The notes under the pieces are model-generated. The model made no database searches. It saw nothing but the letters and a program-made list of their open reading frames with translations, and was not told the DNA's origin. A DNA stretch of 64,000 nt from Bacteroidaceae bacterium (GTDB taxonomy: Bacteria > Bacteroidota > Bacteroidia > Bacteroidales > Bacteroidaceae), in assembly GCA_045641785.1 (NCBI GenBank), contig JAZUHP010000108.1, forward strand, positions 2,146 to 66,145, in the 5' to 3' direction. The position numbers were made by a program, and so were the translations under genes. Of this stretch, positions 18,201 to 28,344 are shown in pieces (positions within the stretch are counted from its first letter, which is position 1; the number at the start of each line of letters is the position of its first letter).

Positions 18201-19769
18201 GTGCGATTACTGACAACATTTATAGCATCTATTGCATTTGCAGGAGCCGTGGCACAATCAAACAATGAGGTGCCGCGTCTTGTTGTTGGTATCACTATAG
18301 ATAATCTGCGTACAGACTATCTTAATGCGTTTGCTCCACTCTATGGAGAAAAGGGATTTAAGAGATTACTAACAGAAGGACAGGTTTATTCAAATGTACA
18401 ATACCCTTCTGTAGGTATCGACAGGGCATCAGCCATTGCAACAATAGCAACTGGTACAACACCATATTACCATGGTATAATTGCCAATGAGTGGCTTGAC
18501 CGATCTTCCATAACAAAGAAGTTCTGTGTTGACGACAAAGATTGGGCTGGTGTTGAAACGAACGATTGTTCTTCACCTAAAAATCTTCTTGTAAGCACAA
18601 TCGGCGACGAACTGAAAGTTGCAACTGGTGGTAAATGTCTTGTATACTCTGCCGCACCAAATAGAGAAGCAGCCATCCTTGCAGCTGGTCATGCTGCCGA
18701 CTGGGTCATTTGGATTGATTCAGAAAACGGTTCATGGGCAGGTACATCATATTATGGTAGCGCTCCTTCGTGGATGAAGTATCTCCACACAACAAACGCT
18801 ACTTCTGTCATAGAGGATCTCGTATGGGAGCCTATCAACAACTATGTAGGTACTTATAACTACTACCTCACTTCCATACAGAAATCTTTTAAGCACAAGT
18901 TCAATGAAAAGGACACAAAGGCAAACATCCAACTTTTCAAGAATAGTGCTCTCGTAAACGAAGAAATAACCAAGGCTGCCCGTTCTTTCCTTACAAGCGG
19001 AAATGCAGGACTTGACCTTGTTACTGACTATATTTCTGTATGCTATAATGCGGGAAACTTCAACAATCTTCCTCTATCGGAAACGACAACAGAACTGCAA
19101 GATACATATGCTCGACTCGACAAGGAAATAGCAAAACTCCTTAACGAGATAGACATGCTTATAGGTCTTGATAAGGTTCTCATATATCTTACATCTACAG
19201 GTTATGAGAATTCAAGCGAAGATCCGGCAATCTCTCAGTTCAGAATACCGACAGGTGACTTTAAGATAAACCGTTGCGCAGCACTTCTAAACATGTACCT
19301 CTCTGCTATATATGGCAAAGGACAATATGTAGAAGGATATTTTGATTCACATATATATCTTGACCACCAGCTACTTGAACAGAAGCAGTTGCAGATGAAT
19401 GAGGTATTATCAAATTGTGAAGACTTCCTTTTCCAATTTGAAGGTGTGGGTGATGTCTATACAGCTCATAGACTTACACAATGTGCATGGACTCCTGGTA
19501 TAAGCAGCATTCGCAATGGCTTTAATGCAAAGTGCTCTGGAGATATAATGATTAAAACGGCACCAGGATGGAAACTTGTAAATGAAGACAGACGTACAAG
19601 TTCCTTCCAGCGCGAATCATTCTTTGAATTTCCTATTATATTCTTCGGAAATAACATAAAGGCAGAAAAGGTGCAAACACCAGTCACCGTTGACTGTATT
19701 GCACCAACCATTGCCCACCATATAAGAATCAGGGCACCTAACGCTTGCAGCAACGCTCCCCTATTCTAA
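18201..19769 (+). CDS. alkaline phosphatase / nucleotide pyrophosphatase-family secreted protein
   Basis: GTG start and signal peptide MRLLTTFIASIAFAGAVAQ. The fold call rests on the general sequence pattern and on the recurrent pairing with DUF4105 genes. Confidence 0.55.
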   Translation: MRLLTTFIASIAFAGAVAQSNNEVPRLVVGITIDNLRTDYLNAFAPLYGEKGFKRLLTEGQVYSNVQYPSVGIDRASAIATIATGTTPYYHGIIANEWLDRSSITKKFCVDDKDWAGVETNDCSSPKNLLVSTIGDELKVATGGKCLVYSAAPNREAAILAAGHAADWVIWIDSENGSWAGTSYYGSAPSWMKYLHTTNATSVIEDLVWEPINNYVGTYNYYLTSIQKSFKHKFNEKDTKANIQLFKNSALVNEEITKAARSFLTSGNAGLDLVTDYISVCYNAGNFNNLPLSETTTELQDTYARLDKEIAKLLNEIDMLIGLDKVLIYLTSTGYENSSEDPAISQFRIPTGDFKINRCAALLNMYLSAIYGKGQYVEGYFDSHIYLDHQLLEQKQLQMNEVLSNCEDFLFQFEGVGDVYTAHRLTQCAWTPGISSIRNGFNAKCSGDIMIKTAPGWKLVNEDRRTSSFQRESFFEFPIIFFGNNIKAEKVQTPVTVDCIAPTIAHHIRIRAPNACSNAPLF

Positions 19770-19910
19770 GGACAAAGTTTATTACTTATCTATAAGGCAT
19801 AGAGAATCTATGATAACTATAGAATATAGAACGTATCATTGAACATATAGAATCTCTATTGCCATGAAACAACATTAACTATAACTAAGGAAAAATAAAA
19901 ATAAAAATAT

Positions 19911-22900
19911 ATGGGATTTAATTTAAACGCATTTCTCTCAAGCATCTTTGGAAACAAAGCTTCTCGCGACTATAAGGAGATTAAGCCTATCGTTGACCAG
20001 GTGCTTGCTGTAGAACCACAGATTCAGGCACTTTCCACAGACGAAGTACGTGCTAAGGTAGACGAAATAAAAGCCTACCTTCAGGATTCTGTCAAAGAGC
20101 TTCGAGACAAGATTACTGAGATTAATGACAAGATCAAAGAAACAGAGATTGACCAGCGCCAACCACTCTTTGACCAGATTGATAAGATTGAGAAGGAGAT
20201 ACTCGACAAGTTTGAAGAAAAACTTACAGAGGTACTCCCTACTGTTTTTGCAATCGTGAAAGATACAGCTCGCCGTTTTGCACAAAGCGAGAATGGTGTT
20301 GTGGTGGTTAAGGCAACAGACTTTGACCGTAAACTTGCAGCTGAAGGACGTGACTTTGTCGAGATTGATGGAGAAAACGCAATATGGCATAACCATTGGG
20401 TTGCAGGTGGCAATGACACTGTGTGGAACATGATTCACTATGATGTACAGCTCTTCGGTGGTACTGTTCTTCATCAGGGTAAGATAGCCGAGATGGCAAC
20501 CGGTGAAGGTAAGACTCTCGTAGGTACTCTTCCAATCTTCCTCAACGCTCTTACTCGTAATGGTGTTCATGTCGTAACAGTCAATGACTACCTCGCTAAG
20601 CGTGACTCTGAGTGGATGGGACCTCTCTTCATGTTCCATGGTCTTTCTGTCGACTGTATAGACAAGCACCAGCCAAACTCAGATGCTCGTAGAAAGGCAT
20701 ACCTTGCAGATATCACTTATGGAACAAACAATGAATTTGGTTTCGACTACCTTCGTGATAACATGACAATGGATCCAAGCGAGCTTGTTCAGCGTCAGCA
20801 CAACTATGCCATAGTCGATGAGGTCGACTCTGTCCTTATTGATGACGCACGTACTCCTCTTATCATCTCAGGTCCTGTACCAAAGGGTGAAGACCAGATG
20901 TTTGAGCAGTACCGCCCTATCGTAGAACAACTTGTAGAGGCACAACGTAAACTTACTCAGAACTATCTTACAGAAGCAAAGAAGAATATTGAGAGCGAGG
21001 ACAAGCAAGTTGTTATAGATGGTTTCCTTTCACTCTTCCGTGCTTATAAGGGTATGCCAAAGAACAATGCCCTTGTTAAGTACCTTTCTCAGCCAGGTAT
21101 CAAGACAGGTCTTCTCCAGACAGAAGAGATCTATATGGAGAACAATAACCGTCGTATGCCAGAGGCCACTGACCCACTCTTCTTCGTTGTTGAAGAGAAG
21201 CAGAAGTCTGTAGAAATGACAGACAAGGGTAACCAACTTATTGCTGACATAGTAAAGGACGAGAACTTCTTCGTTCTTCCAGATATCACTTCACAGTTGT
21301 CAAACCTTGAGGCACAAAATCTTCCAGAAGAAGAGAAACTTGCAAAGAAAGATGAACTTATGCAAGACTATGCTACAAAGGCAGAACGTGTACACACAAT
21401 CCAGCAGCTTCTCAAGGCATACACAATGTTCGTAAAGGATGACGACTACGTTGTTATGGACGGACAGGTTAAGATTGTTGACGAGCAGACTGGTCGTATT
21501 ATGGAAGGTCGCCGTTGGTCTGATGGTCTCCACCAGGCTGTTGAAGCTAAGGAACGTGTAAAGGTTGAAGCTGCTACACAGACATTCGCAACAATCACTC
21601 TCCAGAACTATTTCCGTATGTACCACAAACTTGCTGGTATGACAGGTACTGCGATTACTGAAGCTGGTGAGTTCTGGGACATCTATAAACTTGATGTTGT
21701 TGAGATTCCTACAAACCGTCCAATAGCACGTCATGACCTTAATGACCGTGTTTACAAAACAAACCGCGAAAAGTATAAGGCCGTAATCGAGGAGATTGAG
21801 CGTATGGTCAACCAGGGACGTCCTGTACTCGTTGGTACAACATCAGTCGAGATTTCCGAGATGATTTCAAAGATGCTTCAACTTCGTAAGATTGAGCATA
21901 ATGTCCTCAATGCCAAGCTTCACCAGAAAGAAGCAGACATCGTTGCACAGGCTGGTCAGAAGTCTATCGTAACTATTGCAACAAACATGGCAGGTCGTGG
22001 TACCGATATCAAACTCTCTGATGAGGTTAAGGCTGCCGGTGGTCTTGCAATCATTGGTACAGAGCGTCATGAGAGCCGTCGTGTAGACCGCCAGCTTCGT
22101 GGTCGTGCTGGTCGTCAAGGTGACCCAGGTTCTTCTGTATTCTATGTATCACTTGAGGATAAGCTTATGCGTCTCTTCGCATCTGACCGTATCTCTAAGG
22201 TCATGGACCGTCTCGGATTCGAAGAAGGCGAGATGATTGAGCACTCAATGATCAACAAGTCTATTGAACGTGCTCAGAAGAAGGTTGAGGAGAACAACTT
22301 CGGTATACGTAAACGTTTGCTTGAATACGACGATGTGATGAACAAGCAGCGTACCGTTATATATGAACGTCGTCGTCATGCCCTCATGGGACAGCGTATA
22401 GGTATGGATATCTCCAACATGATTTGGGATAGAGTTCTCCATACTCTTAACAACAAGAACTATAACGATATACGTGAAGACTTCTTCCGTCTATTTGCTA
22501 TGGAGGTACCATTCACAGCACAGGAGTTCGAATCAGAAAATCGTGAGAAGCTCGAAGACAGAACTTTCGATGTTGTAATGAACACATTTAAGGAGCGTAC
22601 TTCTCGTATCAGAAAGATTGCATCACAAGTAATCAATAAAGCATACGAAGATGCTAAGGAGCGTGTGATGAACCTTGACCAGATAAATGTACGTGTTCCT
22701 ATTGTATGGGGAAATGGACGAGGCAGATGGATGGTAATCAATCTTCAGGAGGCTTACGATTCTCAGTGCGAAAATCTTATTGTTACATTCGAGAAGACAA
22801 TCCTTCTCCAGACAATTGACGAGGCATGGAAAGAGAACCTTCGTGCTCTTGACGAACTCAAGCAGTCTGTACAGAATGCTTCTTATGAGCAGAAGGATCC

Positions 22901-23252
22901 ACTCCTTATTTTCAAACTTGAATCTGTAACGCTCTTCGACAACATGGTTAATGAGATAAATGACAATACCATCTCTATTCTCATGCGCTGTGCTATTCCA
23001 GAATTGGAAAACGAAGAAGTAAGTGAAGCACAGGCAGAACCTGAGAAGCCACAGCCAAAGCCTAATTATGTTGAAAGCAAGGAAAACCTTGATGAACCAA
23101 CATCTTCAGAAATGGCAGATGCTCGTCGTGACACTCGTAATGTCCAGCCTACTCAACCAATTGTAAATAATGGTCCACGTATCGGTCGTAACGATCCATG
23201 CCCATGTGGTTCTGGTCTTAAATACAAGAACTGTCACGGAAAGGGACTTTAA
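19911..23252 (+). CDS. secA: preprotein translocase ATPase SecA
   Basis: 1113 aa with Walker [13 protein letters not shown]-like DEVDS, and the C-terminal zinc motif [14 protein letters not shown]. Confidence 0.97.
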   Translation: MGFNLNAFLSSIFGNKASRDYKEIKPIVDQVLAVEPQIQALSTDEVRAKVDEIKAYLQDSVKELRDKITEINDKIKETEIDQRQPLFDQIDKIEKEILDKFEEKLTEVLPTVFAIVKDTARRFAQSENGVVVVKATDFDRKLAAEGRDFVEIDGENAIWHNHWVAGGNDTVWNMIHYDVQLFGGTVLHQGKIAEMATGEGKTLVGTLPIFLNALTRNGVHVVTVNDYLAKRDSEWMGPLFMFHGLSVDCIDKHQPNSDARRKAYLADITYGTNNEFGFDYLRDNMTMDPSELVQRQHNYAIVDEVDSVLIDDARTPLIISGPVPKGEDQMFEQYRPIVEQLVEAQRKLTQNYLTEAKKNIESEDKQVVIDGFLSLFRAYKGMPKNNALVKYLSQPGIKTGLLQTEEIYMENNNRRMPEATDPLFFVVEEKQKSVEMTDKGNQLIADIVKDENFFVLPDITSQLSNLEAQNLPEEEKLAKKDELMQDYATKAERVHTIQQLLKAYTMFVKDDDYVVMDGQVKIVDEQTGRIMEGRRWSDGLHQAVEAKERVKVEAATQTFATITLQNYFRMYHKLAGMTGTAITEAGEFWDIYKLDVVEIPTNRPIARHDLNDRVYKTNREKYKAVIEEIERMVNQGRPVLVGTTSVEISEMISKMLQLRKIEHNVLNAKLHQKEADIVAQAGQKSIVTIATNMAGRGTDIKLSDEVKAAGGLAIIGTERHESRRVDRQLRGRAGRQGDPGSSVFYVSLEDKLMRLFASDRISKVMDRLGFEEGEMIEHSMINKSIERAQKKVEENNFGIRKRLLEYDDVMNKQRTVIYERRRHALMGQRIGMDISNMIWDRVLHTLNNKNYNDIREDFFRLFAMEVPFTAQEFESENREKLEDRTFDVVMNTFKERTSRIRKIASQVINKAYEDAKERVMNLDQINVRVPIVWGNGRGRWMVINLQEAYDSQCENLIVTFEKTILLQTIDEAWKENLRALDELKQSVQNASYEQKDPLLIFKLESVTLFDNMVNEINDNTISILMRCAIPELENEEVSEAQAEPEKPQPKPNYVESKENLDEPTSSEMADARRDTRNVQPTQPIVNNGPRIGRNDPCPCGSGLKYKNCHGKGL

Positions 23253-23277
23253 CGATTGAAATACAACTCAATAAAAA

Positions 23278-23312
23278 AGAGAAAAGTGTCACATGCACTT
23301 TTCTCTTTTTTT
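23278..23312 (+). terminator. secA rho-independent terminator
   Basis: Perfect 11-bp stem (agagaaaagtg / cacttttctct) followed by tttttt. Confidence 0.8.
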
Positions 23313-23387
23313 GTATAAAATAACGCGAGTTCGATGAAATGAAAAAGAATTGTAATGGTATGAAATTACCTGGAAGGCAATATTTTA

Positions 23388-23571
23388 GTAACCGGTAACT
23401 TTACCAGCAAAGCGACCATAAAACCGTATAACCTTATAACCGTAAAACCGCAAAAACCGTCCTACCGTACAACCGTAAAACCGCAAAAAACGTCCTACCG
23501 TACAACCGTATAACCGCAAAAACGTCCTACCGTACAACCGTATAACCGCAAAAACGTATAACCGCAAAAAC
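23388..23571 (-). repeat. ACCGT-word array (family C, reverse orientation) with a ~33-bp higher-order tandem unit
   Basis: Units at 23438-23470, 23471-23503 and 23504-23535, plus a partial fourth (aaccgta[a/t]aaccgcaaaaa(c)cgtcctaccgtac). It shares the 15-mer aaccgtaaaaccgca with 34627-34641. Confidence 0.9.
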
Positions 23572-24576
23572 TTATAACATTCTTATTTTCCCATACACAG
23601 GTAAATGATCACTAAATCCCTTATTATACTTTCGCCATAAAAAAGTACGCTTAGGTTTCATCCCTCCAAAAGACTTATCTTCCTCCAATAGAAAAGGAGC
23701 AGAATAAATACCAGAGTCGTCAAATGAAGTACGAAGACGAGAACTATCGTTGAAGAAAGATTTTGACACCAAAATATGATCAATAGAAGACCATTGTCCA
23801 TGATATTTATATGTTCCATCTTTTCTGTTAGACATTAGATCAATGAGATTATCCCCACAAATACATCTAACAACAGAAGAATTACAATCAGCATTAAAAT
23901 CACCCATAACAATTATGTTTGGACAAACACGAACATTCATTATAGAGTCAATGTTGCTTCTAAACACTTTAGCCACCTTCATGCTACTGGTTAAAGCATC
24001 CTTACCTCCAATCATACTTGGAAGATGACAAACATACACATCAACAGTATCACCAGAGTTTATAGTTCCACAAACATGAAGAATATCACGAGTCGGTTTG
24101 TCTATATTATATGTCCGAATACACTCTGATGAAGCTATTGGATGAAAGGTATACGGAGAATAAAGTAATGCCACATCTATTCCTCGTTCATCATTAGAAT
24201 TAGTCATAAGGTATTTATACCCCAACCTATGCAACACTGTTCTCTCTGTGAGGAATGTGACAACAGAATCATTTTCAACCTCACATAACCCGACAAGGTC
24301 TACAGGACGTTCTTGGTCCACGGCTACAATGACTTTTGCTATTCCTTTCAACTTAGAATACATACGTCCTCTTGTCCAATGATAGTCACCATCAGGAAGG
24401 AAATCATAATCCTTCTTGCCATAATCATGTTCAATGTCAAACAGGTTTTCACAATTATAAGCCATGAAAGACAAATAATCCTGTCCAGAGATACTGTTAA
24501 AGCAAAAAAGGAAGAATACTAAAATTAGTACTCTTCCATGCATAATATGATACGTTGTATTAAAACGTGTTTTCAT
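23572..24576 (-). CDS. secreted endonuclease/exonuclease/phosphatase (EEP) family protein
   Basis: Contains YNCENLF near the N-terminus, GDFNA, and SDH near the C-terminus. Start moved to ATG 24576 (MKTRF...) because the signal-like segment VLILVFFLFCFNSISGQ follows it. Confidence 0.75.
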   Translation of the reverse strand: MKTRFNTTYHIMHGRVLILVFFLFCFNSISGQDYLSFMAYNCENLFDIEHDYGKKDYDFLPDGDYHWTRGRMYSKLKGIAKVIVAVDQERPVDLVGLCEVENDSVVTFLTERTVLHRLGYKYLMTNSNDERGIDVALLYSPYTFHPIASSECIRTYNIDKPTRDILHVCGTINSGDTVDVYVCHLPSMIGGKDALTSSMKVAKVFRSNIDSIMNVRVCPNIIVMGDFNADCNSSVVRCICGDNLIDLMSNRKDGTYKYHGQWSSIDHILVSKSFFNDSSRLRTSFDDSGIYSAPFLLEEDKSFGGMKPKRTFLWRKYNKGFSDHLPVYGKIRML

Positions 24577-24583
24577 CACGTTT

Positions 24584-24865
24584 TTATGTAAATCCATAAC
24601 ATTTATTACGAGGAGAACGAACAATACCAGAAGCATCATGGATCTTTACACGCTCTTCTAATGTTATTCCGTTCCACCAAATTGTACATACTGGGTATGG
24701 CTTGCCTGATAGAGTCTCCTTATTATTGACACTCAAACTAGTCCACCATTTATTCATATCCAATTCTTGACGTGTCAAAACGTTCTTTGTTGTAGTCCTT
24801 ACCTGTGTCATATGTCCAATTCTTTTTAATTTCTTTTTGATTAAATTTGTTGTTATATGTATCAA
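24584..24865 (-). CDS. hypothetical 93-aa Trp-rich protein upstream of the EEP gene
   Basis: The ORF ends 7 nt before the EEP start. A correctly spaced -7 box lies 32 nt upstream of its ATG. I recognise no family. Confidence 0.45.
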   Translation of the reverse strand: MIHITTNLIKKKLKRIGHMTQVRTTTKNVLTRQELDMNKWWTSLSVNNKETLSGKPYPVCTIWWNGITLEERVKIHDASGIVRSPRNKCYGFT

Positions 24866-24896
24866 ATTCCCTTAAGATCATTCATATTCTCTGCCA

Positions 24897-24904
24897 CAAA
24901 TGTA
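24897..24904 (-). promoter_or_regulatory. -7 promoter box (TAcaTTTG) for the 93-aa ORF / EEP operon
   Basis: Exact TAnnTTTG on the minus strand. Confidence 0.45.
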
Positions 24905-24998
24905 TATTTTTTCCTAATTACACCCTAAAAAAAGTGTTTATTTTTTTTGTTATTTTGCAAAAAAAGTTACATACAGGAAATCATATATACATAATACG

Positions 24999-25161
24999 TA
25001 TTTTTGCACACCTTGAGGTTGCATAAAAAACACATTTCAATAAAAGTAGAAAACAATAAGTATTGCAATAAAAACATAGAAAATCTGTACATCTTAAAGA
25101 TTATCAAACTTTAACCATTGACCGAAGAATAATTAAGCTATTTCGGTCTTTTGTTTATTTT
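24999..25161 (+). ncRNA. candidate orphan small RNA (promoter box plus terminator, no ORF)
   Basis: TAttTTTG at 24999-25006. A terminator hairpin (gaccgaa / ttcggtc, 25120-25148) is followed by ttttgtttatttt. The ~140 nt between them contain no ATG, and no plus-strand gene is nearby. Confidence 0.35.
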
Positions 25162-25338
25162 GTGCATCCCCCTTCCCTCTCATCAGTCACAATGTCAGCA
25201 TTTGAGCCATCTTCGAGCAAAGCACAGAACTCTGTCGTGACATTTAGTCACACATCTTTACGGACGTGGAAAGAAATCTGCTACAAACAACAATCCACTG
25301 ACCTTTAGCATTTCTACTAAATATCAGTGGGCTATGAA

Positions 25339-25415
25339 CCGCAGGCATGTTAATTGCTAATTATTAATTGTTAATTGAATACTCCGCAGGCATGTTAATT
25401 GTTAATTATTAATTG
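25339..25415 (+). repeat. two tandem copies of dispersed repeat family B (ccgcaggcatgttaattgNtaattattaattg)
   Basis: Copies at 25339-25377 and 25384-25415. Related copies are at 28152-28179, 33731-33768 and, reversed, 51094-51135. Confidence 0.85.
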
Positions 25416-25432
25416 AACTTTGTTAACTGAAA

Positions 25433-27172
25433 TTAATACTCCCTCTCTCCAGCAATGATACGCTTTTTTGTTTTGTAGTTATCAGATAGAATGTTGCGTG
25501 AATCATCCACCCACGTACTATGCAGGCCAGCAAGGGAGAAGAGGAGTTGGGGAACATCATCAGTCATGAAAGGCCTGTGCAAAGACCCACGTATCGCATC
25601 TACCACGTCAGCGTGCCGCTCAATGTATGAACGGGAACACCATACCCACATAGGAACCTCAAACTCGTTACGGGCAATGCTCCTTGTAGGAGTTATGAAC
25701 AGACGCCCGAACACATCAGAGTCATCACACACCTCCTCGCCATGATCAGCGACAAAGAGAACGACAGCCTCCTCATCCTCATACAGCTTCAGTATCTCGT
25801 CAAGAACCATGTCATTGTATGCCGTGGCATTATCATAGTGCATCACCGTCTCACACGCCCTCCTCGACATGCCATGCCTGTGTATGTCGTGCCTGTCAAA
25901 CACCTTCTTCGACATCGGATAGCGACTCTTATAGTCAAAGTGCTGCCCGATGAGATGAATGATATCCAGCGTGTTGCGGGACGAATCCCGACCCTCCTTG
26001 TACTCCTGAAACTCGTTGACAAGTCTCATGTCAAGACCATATGCCCTCTTATTGCGAAAGTCAAACAACAGTTGGCACACCCTCCTGTTCGACAGGAAGA
26101 AGAAACCAGCCTGATTGGTGCTACCCTGACGGAACCCCTTGGCATACTGGTTAGAGAAGAACGTAACGTCATACCCGCCCTTCCTGAACAGTGCAGGAAA
26201 AAACGGATGTGAACCCATGGCACGGTCATCGGCACTGTTCCATGTCGAGAACATATTCAGAAACACATTGCTCGTAATGTTCCACGGCGTCACCACATCC
26301 TCATAGACAAACAGTTCGCCACTGTCCCTGCGCTGCACCTGCAGAGGCGTTGTCGGCAACCTATAGCCATACAGCGACGAGTGATGCTTGTTATAGCTCT
26401 CCCCGATGATCAGGACTATATGTGGAGAGACACCCGAACAGCTGTCCACCACAGCCGTGGCGGTACTCTGCGTCATGTCCTCAAGCAACCTGCCCGACTG
26501 ACGTGCAGCGAGCCATGCCTGTATCACCCTGTGTACAGGAGTCGGGTTCTCCTGATCATAATGCCTGAAAATGAGACTCTCCGTATGCTGTGCATCACAG
26601 TCAGGTGAGAAGAACACGAAGAAGTGGGACAACGCCTTCACCTCCACCACAAGAGACAAAGCGATGCCGCACCATGCCCCCCAGTGAAGGACACTCACCA
26701 CCCTTGCAGGCAATCCCCCCACCTTATCGCGGAGCCATGTCCTCACACCCCTGACAAGCGTCATAGGCAGCATTGCCAACATAGCCACCAGCACCACGAG
26801 GCGCCACCTCGTCAGCACATCAGCGCTAATGTAGACACTCAGGAACTCAGTCGCCTCCCTCGTGTTCGTCAGGAAAATGCTGATGAACAGATTAGGAGTG
26901 ATGCCACTCATCAGGTATGTCTGGCAATACACGTCGATGATGCATACGGCAATGACCACAGAGCATACCACCAGCTGCAACGCCATGCTCAGGCGTCTCG
27001 GCATCATACCCAGCGGAACGGCAAGCACGGCAGCGACCACCACGGCAGCCGTCACGACATGAAATGACAGCTCGCCTGCCGGGTCAAGACCACCAAGCAC
27101 GCAAGCTGTCACGATAAACACCAGTACACGCCACATACGGCGTATGCTGAATAGACTGCCTATATTCCGCAC
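25433..27172 (-). CDS. phosphoethanolamine transferase (EptA/sulfatase-like, multi-TM N-terminus)
   Basis: About 5-6 N-terminal TM helices. Contains IIGESYNKHHSSLYGYRLPTTPL (GE[ST]...GY...TTP pattern) and FVADHGEE. The GTG start immediately follows the upstream TAG stop. Confidence 0.75.
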   Translation of the reverse strand: MRNIGSLFSIRRMWRVLVFIVTACVLGGLDPAGELSFHVVTAAVVVAAVLAVPLGMMPRRLSMALQLVVCSVVIAVCIIDVYCQTYLMSGITPNLFISIFLTNTREATEFLSVYISADVLTRWRLVVLVAMLAMLPMTLVRGVRTWLRDKVGGLPARVVSVLHWGAWCGIALSLVVEVKALSHFFVFFSPDCDAQHTESLIFRHYDQENPTPVHRVIQAWLAARQSGRLLEDMTQSTATAVVDSCSGVSPHIVLIIGESYNKHHSSLYGYRLPTTPLQVQRRDSGELFVYEDVVTPWNITSNVFLNMFSTWNSADDRAMGSHPFFPALFRKGGYDVTFFSNQYAKGFRQGSTNQAGFFFLSNRRVCQLLFDFRNKRAYGLDMRLVNEFQEYKEGRDSSRNTLDIIHLIGQHFDYKSRYPMSKKVFDRHDIHRHGMSRRACETVMHYDNATAYNDMVLDEILKLYEDEEAVVLFVADHGEEVCDDSDVFGRLFITPTRSIARNEFEVPMWVWCSRSYIERHADVVDAIRGSLHRPFMTDDVPQLLFSLAGLHSTWVDDSRNILSDNYKTKKRIIAGEREY

Positions 27173-27961
27173 CTATTTATCTTTTTTAGAAAGAATCTCG
27201 TCATAGTCAACCTCACCGTCTGCTTCAACGAGGTAGAGCTTGCCACCAAGCAATACTACGAGATAATAGTCTTCATATTCGTCATATTCAGACACAGTCT
27301 TCACGTTGCACTCAGCGATGTAGGCATTCTTTGCGCTGAAGGTGAATGAGAGACTTGCCTTTTCAGAATAGCTGCCAGACTTATACTCGCTTGTGCCAGT
27401 ACCAGTACCGTTGCTGTTGAATGTCACTTCAAGATCCTCGCCATACTCATCGTTGCTTGAGAATCCCCAAGTGCCGACAAATCTGCCATTGTTAGGCTTG
27501 CCGAGATCCTGACCCTCCTTGAAGAGGATATATTCAACATCGCCGTCGCTCTCCTCGATGAGAAGGAAACCGTCCACAAACTTGAGGGTATATGACTTAC
27601 CGCCGCTGTAAGAGTTGCCAGCCTTTCTCAGTATACCAGTCTCGCCAGCCATAGAGTAAGTGAACTCATACTGGTCGCTTTCCCAGTTACCAGCACCAGA
27701 ATAGTTATTCTTATATTTCTCGATGACGGTACCAGAACCATCATTAGCGAAGATGACGCTAACCTCATGGTTTGAATTTGTAATTGCAGTATACTTGCCA
27801 ACGATAGAGCTTGCAGAAGCGCCACCACCATTAGTAGTGCCACCAGACACAATGCCAGAACCGTTATCCTCATCGTCATCTCCACATGATGCAAAAGCAA
27901 AGACTGCACCGACCACAAGTACAAGCATCATTAATGTTCCCCAAATCTTTTTCATTTTCAT
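27173..27961 (-). CDS. lipoprotein of unknown function
   Basis: Lipobox AFASC, then an Asp/Gly-rich linker. 262 aa, directly abutting the transferase gene. Confidence 0.7.
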   Translation of the reverse strand: MKMKKIWGTLMMLVLVVGAVFAFASCGDDDEDNGSGIVSGGTTNGGGASASSIVGKYTAITNSNHEVSVIFANDGSGTVIEKYKNNYSGAGNWESDQYEFTYSMAGETGILRKAGNSYSGGKSYTLKFVDGFLLIEESDGDVEYILFKEGQDLGKPNNGRFVGTWGFSSNDEYGEDLEVTFNSNGTGTGTSEYKSGSYSEKASLSFTFSAKNAYIAECNVKTVSEYDEYEDYYLVVLLGGKLYLVEADGEVDYDEILSKKDK

Positions 27962-28035
27962 TTCATCCTTGATTTATTGGTTAATTATATGTGTTTTTAT
28001 AGGGTGTCGAACTAATGTACGACCGAACCCTTTCG

Positions 28036-28043
28036 CAAATATA
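28036..28043 (-). promoter_or_regulatory. -7 promoter box (TAtaTTTG) for the lipoprotein / transferase operon
   Basis: Exact TAnnTTTG on the minus strand, 75 nt upstream of ATG 27961. Confidence 0.45.
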
Positions 28044-28151
28044 CGAAATTGTTTTCATTCTGAGCAAGGAAATTCCGATAAAATTAACAAAGTTCTGCTA
28101 ACATGTTAAATAAAAAAGCATTTGCTAAACATAAACGAAAGAACAGCCTAC

Positions 28152-28276
28152 CCGGAAGGCATGTTAATTGTTAATTATTTCCACAAACAATCATTCATCT
28201 TTTTACTCCACTTAACTTCCATTAACATATCCGAGTGAAGCTTGTGTTACCGCTTTCGCTTTCGTAGAAAGAAACT
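28152..28276 (+). repeat. composite repeat: family B (28152-28179), family A (28188-28226) and a cgctttcgtagaaagaaact block (28257-28276)
   Basis: It forms the left arm of an inverted repeat with 30954-31055. The 20-mer at 28257-28276 matches the reverse complement of 30954-30973 at 19 of 20 positions. Confidence 0.8.
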
Positions 28277-28318
28277 AAATTATTGACAACAACATGCGTC
28301 AGAAACAAAAAGAATAGT

Positions 28319-28326
28319 TAACTTTG
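28319..28326 (+). promoter_or_regulatory. -7 promoter box (TAacTTTG)
   Basis: Exact TAnnTTTG, 19 nt upstream of ATG 28345. Confidence 0.5.
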
Positions 28327-28344
28327 CAACAAAATAACAATAAT

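Noticed and set aside
19938-20669. Long antisense ORFs inside secA. The same pattern occurs in dnaJ (40237-40896), trpD (12610-13185), ettA (63190-63720), the chorismatase-like gene (28825-29550) and the transferase gene (25742-26212, 26624-27067).
   Set aside because: Each lies fully inside a gene with unmistakable homology on the other strand. The compositions are unlike real proteins.
23438-23571. Possible CRISPR array (regular ~33-bp repeats). The same question applies to the 56-bp units at 51147-51258.
   Set aside because: The units are directly adjacent with no unique spacers between them. There are no cas genes in the window, and the repeats are degenerate word arrays shared with other spacers.
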